Source: Lepidodermella squamata (lineage: Eukaryota > Animalia > Gastrotricha). From it: 64,000 bases of DNA. Shown one piece after another: positions 49,776 to 63,412 of this stretch (positions are counted from its first letter, which is position 1; every line of letters starts with the position of its first letter). The stretch lies in contig JBLDXI010000024.1 of NCBI GenBank assembly GCA_047495785.1, positions 2,356,001 through 2,420,000 of the forward strand, in the 5' to 3' direction. Made by a program: the position numbers and the translations under genes. Below the pieces are notes generated by a model. It did not search any database. It was not told the origin of the DNA and saw only the letters and a list, made by a program, of their open reading frames with translations.

Positions 49776-50896
49776 CAGTGTGTCCGTCAAATAATATGAG
49801 CCTATATATAGCATTTTAATTGCGCCTGTTCACGAGTCGTGCACGAGGCAAAAAAAACGCAGCACTGAATGATAGTACAGCTATTGTTGTTCATTGCTGG
49901 AAAAATATCAATTATTGCTCCGCCAAAATTTGTATTATTTAATCAAGATAAAGAACATTCTTCGGAACGAAAGCATTAGCTTCGGGATTTTCACCTGCAA
50001 GCTTTGTACATTGCTAAAGTTTTGGGGACAACGAGTTGCCCTGAATATTCATGCAATAAGATCAAACGCGCAACAATGTCAACCTAATATCTGGAAAAAA
50101 TATAACCATTTAAATAGCGAATTTTCTTATCCAATTCAGTTAAAATTGTTTGTACTAGCCATTGGACGTATTCTTGCGGGTATGTGAAATTCACGTATAT
50201 AACGGTTAGCCGATAGCGCCCCGGATGCTACACAAATTGGCGAAAGCGACATTACCCCTTTATTTCAAAACGCGGAACTCATTTCAAACAGATTACCAGG
50301 TCGTAATGGAAACTGCTTTAGTTGCTTTCATTGCATTTGTTGCATTTGTTGCTTTTGTTGCATTTTATGCTTCAACGGCAGTTATTAAATTAGACATGTA
50401 AGATTACGAAAAAATGTAGAAAATGTCCCGCGGCTGTTGAAGACCCAAGTCGATGGGCAAGTCGATGTAAGCGAAAAAGGGGAAACCCGATTCCAAAAAA
50501 GCGGTTTGTAAAACTGGCCATGGCCGAATTCAAAATGGCCCTTGCAAAACAAAAAACTGAAACGGCTCAGGGAGAAGATGGTGATGACGGAGATGAACCT
50601 GATAATTAAGATAATTTTTAAAGGCGCGGCTCGTTAAGAGGAAAATATTAGCATTCCTGATGGTCAGAACATCACCTTCTCTATCACCTGAAAGAATTAA
50701 GACGAAGAAAGTTTAATCATCAACACTAGCTGATGCATACAAATTTTAACTAGCAGTAGTAAATAAAGCTTTCGATTTCATTGACGTATTATTTTTTGCA
50801 TCTCATGAAAAAAATGAGACGCCAGATCTGGCACGCGCCACGCTTGCTGTTGCTTTTGGACTATAAATAGCCTCATATTATTTGACGGACACACTG
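49776..50896. mobile_element. Non-autonomous Tc1/mariner-type element, TA TSD
   Basis: TA|CAGTGTGTCCGTCAAATAATATGAG ... CTCATATTATTTGACGGACACACTG|TA, a perfect 25-bp TIR. No intact transposase. Confidence 0.88.
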
Positions 50897-51205
50897 TAGT
50901 TTATTCATAAATTAGACCCAAATTAGAGTCAATATAAACAGAAAACTAACAGTCCACTGAGCGTGCAAATGAGCGTCCAGAATCGCTATAACATCGATAT
51001 AACATCGTCCCAAAAAGTCCAATTGCCAAGAGGATGGATTATGAAATCAATATATGAAATCAATAAAAAAACAGCCTCATGATTTTTGTTCAGTAAAAGC
51101 GGTCACCGAGTTTCGAACGTCAACACTGGCGAGTTTCGAATGGCGTCGGCCATTTCGACCGGTGACGCATCATTATCGCGCTATAGGGACATTTGTTGTA
51201 GATAT

Positions 51206-51392
51206 CGTTGGCGTCGTTGAATAACTCGGATTTAGGCCTGTTTACATCCTTTTCAAGATCACGTGTGACAAGAAAAAAGCGGCTATTTAACGTGAATGAA
51301 GAGGCAAAAAACAAAAGACTTTTTACTTGTCACCTATCACCTTGAAATGGATGTAAACAAGCCTAAATCCGAGTTATTCAACGACGCTAACG
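51206..51392. mobile_element. MITE with ~70-bp imperfect TIRs flanked by ATAT (Sola1-like AWWT TSD)
   Basis: ATAT|CGTTGGCGTCGTTGAATAACTCGGATTTAGGC ... GCCTAAATCCGAGTTATTCAACGACGCTAACG|ATAT. A fragment lies at ~53357-53396. Confidence 0.8.
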
Positions 51393-52160
51393 ATATCACT
51401 TTTCGGTGGATTATTGCATTACTAATTCATTGTTTCAAAGTGGTGGTTCGAAACCACGCGCATTCTTCCATTTTCCACTACGTATAGATTGAGCCCGAGA
51501 TGAGGCCAGTTTCGAGGAAAAACTCACATTATATGTTTTTTCCGAGAAACTAGCCGGATCGTGGGCTCTATTGTACATAGTACTCGGGGCTGTTACCCTC
51601 TTCGTTTTACGTGGGTTTTTACCCCTAAAAATGCACAAAAATCACATAGGAAGGGTGATTTCACGAAAATAAAAAATCCATCTTAAAACCAAAAAGCCCA
51701 AAATTTGCAATCTGGTTGTTCTGAACCGCTTGGCGCGCTGCTAAAAGCACATTTTTTCGATTACTCGATTACCGGTTTATGTGACTGAGGCATAAAAAAT
51801 GAGCATACATTTTTGAAAATCATTCGCTTTAACTCATCTGAAAGCATGGATTTCAATTATCCTTATTATTTCCAAAAATTAATTTTCTTTGCGATTCTGT
51901 GCGATATAAATTAAGATGATTAGAGGACTTTTCTCGATTTTGCAAGCTATTGACCTTGAAATGAAAATATTCGTTAAGTGCAGTTTCCATTTTGTATTGC
52001 TGCAATAATAACAACTCAGCTTTTGATCGCCTGTGCCATGGAGATTGGACTTTAGTGGTTCCAGCACTAAGTTTGAGACTTCAGCACTAGATTTCCCTGC
52101 TTTTTTCGAGTTTCGTATCTTCTCTGGAATCTCAATTTTTTTGTTATCATGCCTAACCAA

Positions 52161-52787
52161 TCGTCGTTGGTGCGGCTAAAAGTCCTATCTCCATCAAAAA
52201 TTGAAATTGGGTTTTTTCCAGTTACTGACTCAGTTTTTCACGCTGGTCAATAATATGAAAACCGCATTTCAAATTTCGCCAGGGATCAAAATTCCTATCT
52301 CCAAATTCGTGGATTTTTTTCCAGGTCATTCTTTTTCCATCAGAAAAAGTGCATAGCATATCTCCATCCATAGCACGAGTTCGAATAGGGCACAAAAAGT
52401 GCTATGTGCATCACAAACATTATTCGATCACGACAAAAAATGGCGATGACTCAGTGCGGTATTCGATGCCAAGTGAAAATAAGTCGAAAAAAAATCGGCC
52501 AAAAATGAATGCTTTCGCAAGGACTCGAACCACAACCTTAAAAAAACACGAACAAAAAATGAAAAAATCCACCAAAAAGTCCTATCTGCAGCGAATGTCC
52601 TTATTATGCAATAACGATGCGTGACCGGTAAAAATAGCCGGCGCCATTCGATCTGCCGGGTTTGATTACCCCTATTCTTCACACCAGTGACATTTTTCAG
52701 TGACAATTTTGGAAATAAAGCTGTTTTTTCGATTTATCTCGAAATAAATTGTTTTGGAGATAGGACTTTTAGCCGCACCAACGACGA
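52161..52787. mobile_element. MITE with perfect 33-bp TIRs
   Basis: TCGTCGTTGGTGCGGCTAAAAGTCCTATCTCCA at 52161-52193 and its exact reverse complement at 52755-52787. Confidence 0.88.
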
Positions 52788-53517
52788 AATGATAGATCTT
52801 CATATTGCTACATATGAGAGGTCAGTTTATGAGCTATACTTCAGCCTGCAGAGCCGATATCGATTCCAAGTATCGATTTGACAAATCAGTGATTTTTCCG
52901 ATATCTGCCGTCTTGAAACGCAACATCGATAATTTTTCGACGTGGTTCAGGGCGCCAGGTAGTTAAAATAAAAATCATAGGTTCAGGGAGGGCATCGGTA
53001 TCGATCAAAAAAAGTAAACCCCGAAATCTCAAAGAATATGAACAATTTAGTGCTGGAACCTCATTTTTAGTGGTGCAAATAATTGGACCCTTTAGATGGT
53101 TCACACCTGGCACGCCTTTTGGTGGCTGCTCATATCAACATTAAAGTGATGATGTGACATTTCGGGGTTAATAATTGCCTCCCTCGAATGAAAGCCCCTT
53201 CGAATAATCGCCCGATATTTTTTCAATATTTTTCGAGATGGTAAAAAATCAAAATATAAAAACTATTATTTGATAAAATACGTTATGTGTATATTTTGAC
53301 GTGATTTTTCCGTGAGAACGCCGTCTCTGATAGGACAGCTGTCCATAACACCATGTATCGTCTTTGAATAACTCGGATTTAGGCTTGTTTACATCCGTCT
53401 CAAGGCCTAGTTTTATTTTAGACTCAATCACCTGAAGAAAGCATAGCAAGGTTCGCGAACAACACGGTTTATCCGTCGCCACTCGTCCACACGAGAAACG
53501 GTACACGCGTCGCTATA

Positions 53518-54368
53518 CAGTGTAACCCCGATTTTCTGTCATGCGATTTCCCGCCAATTTCGATTTTCCGTCAGGTTTTTAGCCGCCCCCGCCGACACCC
53601 ATGAAATGACAGCAATATCTCGTCAGTGATTTTCCGTCAAATTCGGATTTCCCGTCAGGTTTCTGATCGCCCCGGGCGGTCAATTGGTAGCTATTTTTTA
53701 TACCCTGATATCCCGCCATCCGCGATTGCGCAATCCGCGCGGACGCGCGCACAATACAGCAAATACCCAAAACAGCAGACGCGACAAAACAGCAATTTTT
53801 TAACTTGCGACATAACAGCAGAAACATGATGCATCTTTTACATAGTAAGTTTTGCTGTTTTGTCGCATTCGCTGTTCTGCGAAGTTGCTGTTTTGTCGCC
53901 GTACCAGTTTATTACACCAGTTTATTTTCAATTTATTTTCGGTCATGATACCATATCGGACAGAGCGGAAAACACTGATTGTTCCAATATAAAAAGTGCG
54001 GATTAGCTTAATCGAACTTTTTAGGATAGTTGGGACTCTGCGAAATTACGCGCGCAGATGTTGAAGCCGTGCCAGCATTTAGTTTAGAAGTGAAATACTG
54101 CGCGCTAAGGCTTAATTTCGACTTTCCCGGTGGTTTTTATATCAAAATGAAATTCAAAAAATTTAGAATCGAGCTAGCTTAAACTCGGTTAAACTAGCTT
54201 AAAACTAGCTTAAGATGGTTTATAACGTTTGCGAAGCATCGTTTTAATATTAAGTATACATGCGTTAAAACACATGAATTCGACAGCCCTAACCTTTTCA
54301 GGGAGTATTTCGATTTTCCGTCAGTTGTTTCACAGAACCGCAAATGACGGAAAATCGGGGTTACACTG
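53518..54368. mobile_element. Non-autonomous pogo/Tc-type element, TA TSD, with a nested repeat fragment
   Basis: TA|CAGTGTAACCCCGATTTTCTGTCAT ... ATGACGGAAAATCGGGGTTACACTG|TA. Confidence 0.85.
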
Positions 54369-54549
54369 TAGTTAAGTAATAATAGAATAATAATACCGAC
54401 GCGCTCCCAGACAAGTGCGAAGCTTATCCGGAGCATTGGGCTGATGTGCTACATCTCAGAATTGACCTTTAACCTCACTTTTTTGCAAGCTTTATTCTGT
54501 TTTAGCTTAAAATTCGATCCCGTCAATACGTGTTAAATTGAGAACTAAC

Positions 54550-56760
54550 ATGCGGCAACCGACGAGATTATTTGTAAAATTAGCTCTTCCGGTTGTTATT
54601 CTCCTCGTTTTGATCGCTGCTGACCTTCTCAACCAAGATAGATTGGGCAAATGGATAGAACAGGCGTCAGCTTCTTTGGAATTTCCAGAATCAGCGCTGT
54701 TGCCATGCGCAAGGCTGCCGACATTCGAGGCGCGGAACGAGACGTGGAAAATCCCTAGAATTCTGCATCAGTCGTGGAAAAACGAGACCCTGCCCGAGCT
54801 CTACGCAAGGTTCCGCCAGACGTGGCTCGACATGCACCCCGACTGGCAGCATCACCTGTGGACGGACGAGGAGAACCGGTTGTTGGTCCAGTGCCACTAC
54901 CCGTGGCTGTTGCCGTACTACGACGCGTTCCCGGTCGGAGTTCAACGGGCTGATATCAGCCGGTTGTTGTACGTGCACCACTACGGCGGCATCTACTCGG
55001 ATCTGGACACGGAGCCAATGAAAACCATGGACTCGCTGTTGAGCAATTATTCGGATCAGCGCATACTTTTAAGTGGGTTTCTATTCATTTATCATGTTGA
55101 AAAGAGGGGTGAGATCGAACATCGAACATTATAGAGACGATTGAAATGGCGAAAATGCCTGCGATTGAATATGGACAAAACGATATAGAAGCGTCGAAAA
55201 TAGGGGTCAAAAATGTAACTGACGACTTGGCGAGTGTAAAAATTCAGTTTTTTTCAATTTCACTCACCCATTATCGAAAAGCCAAGTTGCCCTAGTTAGC
55301 CACCATCGAGCCTAAAACGTTTCCCCATAAAAACAAGAAATCACAATCCATTTGAGAATCCATTGAAACAACCAATCGTTTTCCTTGAAACTATAATTTC
55401 TACTATACATTTTTATACCCATTTTTTTCACTCAAAACCTGTGAGCATCCAATTCATTTATTTTATATTTTATTTTATTTCAAATTTAGCTCTGCTCTGG
55501 ATTTCTATAATATGATGCTAATCTGCCCGGAATAATGCAAAATTCATATCATTCTAAAAGGTGATTTTCGTGTGCAAACCTTGGTCGTCGTTAGTCATTT
55601 GCGTATCACCTGAGGCGACAATTCAGAATTTGTAGTAATTAATTTTAATTAATACAACGTAACGCAACAAAGATATTACACGGAAACAGGTCTAAAATGA
55701 GAGACGTAACATCTCATGGCCAGAAAAATTTGAAAAATCATGAGAATAGAAAAAATTCCGGATAAATTTGGTCCAACCGGGTAAAATACCGATAATTACC
55801 GAACCAGTTACCATCGGGGTGTTCTCCGGTAAGTCTGTTATTTCTTCGGTTAAATCGCGGATGAAAGACGGAACTATCTCTCGGTTTGATTTTTTTAAAT
55901 TATAGTTGAATTTCCTATAAAAAGTTGCTCAACTTCTGGGACACGCTGTATGAACATGCGATTTTAAACTGAAAAAAAAAGATTGACAATTTTCAGCAGC
56001 TTTTTTTTGACCACCGAGCTCCATGTGATGCAATTTCTAATAATGGTAATCGTCAGATTTTCAGAATTCGAAAATCCTGGAATTTTTTTTGAAATTTTCA
56101 AAATCACTCAGAAAAAAATTCAGATTTTTCGAAAAATTTCTTTATGATATTATACTAAAAGAATGCAAATTTTGCGATTTTTGTTTAATAGGCTACATGA
56201 GCAAAAGCTACCATATGGAAGACAACGTACAAGCGGCTTGGATGGCGTCAGCGCCCGGGCACCAAATCTGGCTTCTCACCGTGCTGAAAAGTACTTTACT
56301 CAGTCAAAGTCTGCCGAAATCCACACGGTGAAAAGAATAAAAAAAATTGCTAAAAAACCCGAATTTTAAGCTACTTGATTTATTCAGCCCCGATTACGTC
56401 ACCGGACCTGCAGTTCTATGGGTGGCTCTGGGCGACTATTGGCGCATGTGGAGAGCGAAAATGAGTGGGCCGAAAATTGCTGGAAATATCGTGCTGAAAG
56501 GTGCGAGGAAAATTCGAGACATTTACATGTTGGAGCCAGGCATCATATTTCCTTACCACTCGTACGAAAATGAGAAGCCGATTGGCAAAATTTGCGATCC
56601 TCATAAAGCGACGTTCAACACAACGGCGTGCAAGGCAAGTTTCCCCAACGCCTACGTCATTCAGTACTCTGGCTATTCGTGGCAGAAGGACTGGGAAGGA
56701 TTCCTCAACGCCAACGGCTTCAAGAAAGAAACGTTGTACTTCGAACTGAAAGAAAATTAG
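54550..56760 (+). CDS. GT32 glycosyltransferase (SUR1/CSH1 MIPC-synthase/OCH1-like mannosyltransferase), paralog 1, 3 exons
   Basis: TM anchor; KIPRILHQSWK, LWTD, RADISR, GGIYSDLD (DxD), MAS.PGH, TGP. Exons about 54550-55072, 56192-56327 and 56388-56760. Confidence 0.88.
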
Positions 56761-57661
56761 CCGAAATAATAGCGCTAGAGAATGCAATAATTTAATGTAA
56801 TTATTGTAATAATTAATTTATTAATTAGGTATTTAATGTAAAAATTTAATGTAATGTAAAAAATGAAGCTTGTTTTGTGATTTTGTGACTAATTTTGTGA
56901 CAAGGAAAAATAAATAAATTGAATACAAAATTTGTGTCCTTTTAGTATTTTGAACTCATCAACTTTCTCACCCATACTTGCACCCTATTTTTTACTCCAT
57001 CTTCTTCAGCATTGCATGGTTCTTGGGCTTCGAACAGGTAATCGAACAGCCGAATTTTCTGTATGGGTCCTCCTTTTACCGGAACCAAGTTTAAAGTCAG
57101 CGGTCAGCGGAACCTAATACAGCTTGCCCCATTATAGTAACGCAAACAAAGATAATACACGGGAAATAAGGGTTCAGAAACTCCAAAATGAGACGCGAAG
57201 TTATAATATCTCACGCCCAGAAAATTCTATGATCTTAAAAAATTATGTCTACGGCTTTTTCAGATAATTTTAGATTAACGTTGGGCGAGTGGGAAGTTGA
57301 GCGGATTAAGTTGGGCGAACGGGAATCACCCGCAAAATCATTGTATTTTATTAAGTTTTTTTTAAATTTGAATCACATTTTAAATTTTATTATTACTATG
57401 AAGCTCTCTATTGCGATTTCTTTCTAATCAAAGCCCATTAAACACAATTTTGTCCGAAATAAGACCGCGTTACAGTATTAATGTAGGCGAAATATTATAT
57501 AATTACTGTCACCTTAAAAAAGCTGGTTACACGCGTCCCAGGAACGCGTCCATTAGGCACGCGTGCCGATTTATTTCGCGGGAATTTTTTCTAATTATGA
57601 CTTGTGATCTTAATTTTATCAGCTATAAGTAGTAACTTAATCCGAGTTTAACATACAAAAT

Positions 57662-59509
57662 ATGCAGAAACCGGCTAAATTGCTCAAATCAGCCATCCCA
57701 GCACTTTATGTTTTCATCGCATTGATCGCAATTGAGCGTCACAGGCAGAATGGACTTGAAAATGACAGCATGGAATCGGCGCCAGCGTCTTGCAGTAATC
57801 CACAGCCAGCTCTGTCGCCGTGTGATAGTTTACCTAAATTCGAGGCGAGGGAAGAAAGGTTCAAAATTCCTAGAATTCTGCACCAGTCGTGGAAAAGTAA
57901 GACCGTGCCTGAGCTGTACGCCCGGTTCCGCCAGACATGGCTCGACATGCACCCCGGCTGGCAGCACCACCTGTGGACGGACGAGGAGAACCGGTTGTTG
58001 GTCCAGTGCCACTACCCGTGGCTGTTGCCGTACTACGACGCGTTCCCGGTCGGTGTTGAACGGGCTGATATCAGCCGGTTGTTGTACGTTCATAAATACG
58101 GCGGGATCTACTCGGATCTGGACACGGAGCCGATGAAAACTATGGACACGCTACTGAGCAATTATCCCAGTCAGCACATTCTTTTGAGTGAGCCCTTACC
58201 ATATGATTTTAATATAATGAAAGAAAAAATAGGCTCCTAATTTCACCCGATCCAATATCACTAGTATCGGGGTTTCAAGTGCAAAAATACTTGTTCTCTG
58301 CAACTCTGACTTGAACTTTCAGGGTTGAATTTTTTTGAATTTTTCTCTCTTAATTGATCATGATGCACCCTACATCTTGGAGCTTTTATTAGCTAGCTTT
58401 TACCTGCAAGTATAGTATAATTAAGTTGGCCTAAGAGCTACTGTTATAATCTCTGATTCTTCAAATAGGTATTTCAAAATAAGAGGTTCCCATAGACCAT
58501 AGAAGATTCGCAACTATTTTGTAATTTGGCAACGTTATGTGAGAATAGTAACTAATTTTTTTCCATATCGAGAGAATATTCCATCTTTTTTCGCGATTTA
58601 GCCGAAGAAATAGACAATTTACCAGAAAAAACCCGTAAAAACCCGATTGTAACTTGTTCGGAAATTTTCGGTATTTTGCCCAGTTGGACCAAATTTATCC
58701 GGACTATTTTTAATTCCATTAAAAAGTTACATACCTACTTGATTACTTTTCTCGTGATTTTTTGAAATTTTCTAAAATTTTTCTGGCCAAAAATTCGTCT
58801 ATCACTTCAGAGTTTCTGAACCCTTTTCCGTCTATTTTCTTTTCTTGCGTTACTCTTGGGACTTACCATTTAGGTTCCGGTAAAGTAGTTTAAGAACTAA
58901 CAGCACTAAGAACAGAACTAACAGAATTGCTACCGATTTCTAATGGTTAGGCTACATGACCAAAAACTACCATATGGAAGACAACGTACAGGCGGCTTGG
59001 ATGGCGTCAGCACCCGGGCATCAAATCTGGCTTCTCACGGTGCTGAAAATTACTTTTCTCAGTCAAAAATTGCCGAAATCCACACGGTAAAAATTTCGAA
59101 AATACCCGAATTGGGAATGATCTTAATCTTATTCAGCCCTGACTATATCACCGGCCCAGCTGTTCTCTGGGTGGCTCTGGACGATTATTGGCGAATGTGG
59201 AGGTCAAAACACAGTGACGCGAGCATTGGCAGTTATAGCGCTGCGAAAGGACCTAGACAAATTCGAGACATTCACATGCTGGAGCCTGGCTTGATATTTC
59301 CCTACCCGTCTTACGATGCCTACCAGCCGATCGGTACAATTTGTGACCCTCATAAACCGACGTTCAATACAACGGCGTGCAAGGCGAGTTTCCCCGACGC
59401 CTACGTCATTCAATACGCCGGCTATGCATGGGAGCAAGACTGGACTGGTTACCTCAAGGCGGCCGGATTCAATCGAGAGATGTTATTTCACGAGTTACAA
59501 GACGATTAG
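57662..59509 (+). CDS. GT32 glycosyltransferase paralog 2, 3 exons
   Basis: Same motifs and intron positions as paralog 1. Confidence 0.88.
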
Positions 59510-60201
59510 TTTATTTTGACATTATTTAATAAATAAATGTGTAAACTGTAAGAACAATGCTAATTTGGTTACATTTCTCATTGATTGATTGATAGATTGA
59601 TTGATTTTCACATCGATAATCGATAATTAATAGTCGATTTTTCGCAGTTTTCATCGAATGATATCGTATATATAAACATGGTACGCGGAGTTCAAAATTC
59701 ACAACCAAATCACCTGAATCCTAACCGATAAAAATTGATACCAGGATGGTTGGCGATGCGTTCAGCTCGTGGCTTATACGAAAAATGTCAATTTTAACGT
59801 CAATTTCAAGTCGGTGACCCGCTATAGTTACAGAATAGTGAGTTACGTATATTTTCATTTTTCAAGAAACTTTGTGGTACCACAGCAAGTCGAATGGATC
59901 ACCCTTTTACATTAAATTGATTTTTTTATTGTTCAGAAAATTCATGTCAAGTTGTTGACAGGTGGCTAGAACAGAGGGAAATAATTTTTTCGGCAAAACG
60001 TTCAAGACAAAAAATTAAAAATTCAAAAAGTGCGCCAAGTGGCGCGTGGCGAGGTGCTCGCCTCATCGTGATTTTTCACAAAAAAACAACAGTAAAACGG
60101 TGCCAAGTCGATGTACAGAAGAATTTTCTATTTATTTTTTCGAGCACTCTACGCCGGAATTCACCGCTTTAACCCTCCAATTTGAGTGATTTCAAGCTAG
60201 A

Positions 60202-61755
60202 ATGTGGATGCCGAATAGATTCTTCAATCTCGCCTTGCTAGGCACATGCCTTCTTGCAATAATCGTCGTTTTAGTCCACCTTAAAGATGAAAATAATGAT
60301 TGGATTAAAATGCCGTCCATCTCTTGGCAATTTCCAATTTCCAATGTGAAATGTCCAAGGCAATCCCAAGATTCAGCTTCTTCAGAACCCTGTGCAAGGC
60401 TGCCGAGATTCGAGGCGCGGAACGAGACGTGGAAAATTCCCAGAATTTTGCACCAGTCGTGGAAAAACGAGACCCTGCCCGATCTCTACGCCCGGTTCCG
60501 CCAGACGTGGCTCGACATGCACCCCGGCTGGCAGCACCACCTGTGGACGGACGAGGAGAACCGGTTGTTGGTCCAGTGCCACTACCTGTGGCTCCTCCCC
60601 TACTACGACGCGTTCCCGGTCGGAGTAGAACGGGCTGATATCAGCCGGTTGTTGTACGTGCACCACTATGGCGGCATCTACGCAGATCTGGACACGGAGC
60701 CGATGAAAACCATGGACTCGCTACTGAGCAGATATTCAAATCATAACGTCATTTTAAGTAAGCCAATATTTTTTATTAGCTACCACCAAAATTTTCAGAA
60801 AAATTCTAAAAATCACAAGAAAAACAATTAAGTATGCCAGTAGTTAAAAAGTCTGGAGAGATCAGGTTCAGGGAAGGCATAAGTATCGATCAAAAATCGA
60901 CTACGCCGAAATCAGAAAAATGTAGTGCCGGGACCTCATTTTTAATGGTGCAAAAAGAGTGTTGGCTTTTTAAATCATTCGAAAAGCATAGTATTCGAGA
61001 TAGGCCTATGCATCGACGAATTTCAATTTACCTAGGCTTCTAATCGAGACAGGCTTCTAAACGAGTGGGGGCTTATATTTCGGTAACTACGGTATGCTGT
61101 AAAAATTAGCACTTTCAGTTTCAGCAGAGTTTCAGAAGTATTAGCGCTTGATGAATAGTCTACAAATTTTCAATTTCCAATGGTTAGGTTACATGACCAA
61201 AAACTACCATGTGGAAGACAACGTACAGGCGGCTTGGATGGCTTCGGCACCTGGACACCAAATCTGGCTTCTCACTGTACTAAAAAGTACTCTACTAAGT
61301 CAGAAATTGCCGAGATCCGTACGGTATATAAAAGAAAGTTAAATTGCGTAAAACCCTGCAATGATTTGGAACTTATTTTCAGTCCTGATTATGTCACTGG
61401 ACCAGCTGTTCTTTGGGTGGCTCTGGACGATTACTGGCGGATGTGGAGGTCAAAACACAGTGACGCGAGCATCGGCAGTCATAGCTCTACAAAAGGGCCT
61501 AGGCAGATTCGAGATATTTACATTCTAGAACCTGGCTTGATATTTCCGTACCCGTCATACGATGCCTACCAGCCGATTGGCAGAATTTGCGATCCTCACA
61601 AACGGACGTTCGATCCAGCGGCGTGCAAGGCGACTTTCCCCAACGCCTACGCCATCCAATACGCCGGCTATTCATGGGAAAAAGACTGGAATGGTTACCT
61701 TAAGGCGGCCGGATTCGATCGGGAGATTATATTTAAAGAGTTAAAAGACGATTAG
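60202..61755 (+). CDS. GT32 glycosyltransferase paralog 3, 3 exons
   Basis: Same motifs (GGIYADLD) and intron positions. Confidence 0.88.
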
Positions 61756-62292
61756 TTTATTTTGACAATATTTAGTATAAGCTGCTGTATGAAAATGTTA
61801 ATTGGTTGATGGTTGTAACTAGAATTAAAAAGTGATCAACGTTTCAAGTTCTGAATCATCAATCAAAGGTTCCCAAGATATTTTGGGCCAATCCACGTCG
61901 ATGCCACACTTATTTTCGTAAAAATTCAAAATCAAGCAGTAGTTCCGGAATTCTTTCCCCATAAATCAAGATTTCATGTGTGTCATTTGATATGCATGTT
62001 TTCCTCGAAAGTGATTGATTTTTCACATCAATAATCGATAACCAATTCGATAACCGATTCGAAAGTTTCCACTCTCTACCTCATTTTTTTTTAAATGGCG
62101 AGGCAAAGATCATTCGCGAATGGTGTTTCGGCGCCTTGTTTACCTTAAATGCCGCTTCAATATTGTGGAACCTCTCGTACAAAAATCAATTGGACAGCAA
62201 CGCCAGACGGATGAGGAAATTGGAGCTGCAGGGTTAGTATCGTGAGTTCTTTAGTACCACAGTTGCTTTGTCGTCTCTCCGAATTCGGACAA

Positions 62293-63412
62293 ATGGCAAA
62301 GGTATTTCTAGCTGTCTTTGCTGTTTTTAACGTTAGTCGTGCATTGGCTGAACTAGCATATGAAAGCAGTATCAAGGATTTCGATCCCACCGCAACTGTT
62401 CTGAGCCACTGTAGGATAGCTCCGACGGTCAACTCGCCAACTGAACTAGCCAATAAGACTACTTCTCTCGTACAAGAACGACGCCCTCATCGATTAATCG
62501 ACCTTGACGACGTCGGTGAATCTTTCACCATTTACGGGAAACTCACAGTTCTCTACAAAGTGAAATGCATTTTCGATTTGTACAACGGCAGTTTTGCATG
62601 GCCAGCGAGCATTCCGTATCTAACGATGGAGGACCATAGACCATAGTAAATACTGGTTCCCACCTTTGCTACATCAAAATTCGGTGGGGAACCCAGCGAT
62701 GGTGGAAGGTTTTCATAGGTCTCTTAGAATTACGATGGATAGAGGCTACGTCTCATTTACTTCAGCGGGAAAGTTTACGTCTTATTGCGACATGGAGGTG
62801 ACCTATTTCACGTTCGATGTTCGAGCTCGCTCACGACATTAGATACTCCGTAATCAGTAAAGCTAGCTTATATGGTATGCTGGTGATTATTTTAAAGAAG
62901 AATTCAGACTGGCTAATATCGAAAAGTTCCACTTCGTTTGGCACATCCAAATTGAACGAATCAAGCTTTGGCGGCTTCAGCTTCGAATTAAAGCGGAAGC
63001 CACAATATTTCCTGATGTACTTATTCGCACCAAATTGCATTCTCAGTCTATTGGTTCTGGCGTCGTTTTTCATCCCGGCTCAAGCTGCCGATCGCCCTGC
63101 TTTAACCTGCACTGCCATGCTTGCGAATTTTGTCCTTCAAGACAACATCCAAGCTAATTTGCCGAAAACCCCCGGCTCTATCGTTGCTGGCATTTTCAGC
63201 TTGTCACAAGCTGCTATTGCTACTGTGTGTGTTCTATGCGAAGCGATCATGTGCGGAATCCTTAATTTGCCCAAAAAAACTACACAATTTTTAACAAAAA
63301 AGTGGCTCGCTATGTGATCATCGACATCTTTATGTTTCAATTCGCTTTCTTCATGTACTTCATCTCGATCGCTGCAGTTATCTTTTTATTGAGGCGACCT
63401 TGGGGCAGTTAA
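62293..63412 (+). pseudogene. Intronless Cys-loop ligand-gated ion channel (nAChR-like) subunit with three frameshifts
   Basis: Signal peptide; LIDLDD..ESFT; YWFPPL; C-D-M-E-V-T-Y-F-x-F-D Cys-loop start; LKRKPQYF-M1; M2-M3 LPKTP; M4 IIDIFMF. Frame breaks at the GACCATA duplication (~62632-62645), ~62825 and the homopolymers at ~63270-63300. Confidence 0.75.

Noticed and set aside
49894-50187. Transposase ORF inside the Tc1-like element
   Set aside because: No recognisable DDE motifs; at most a decayed remnant.
54691-54981. Antisense ORFs conserved across the three GT32 genes
   Set aside because: A by-product of high GC3 and near-identity of the sense coding sequence.
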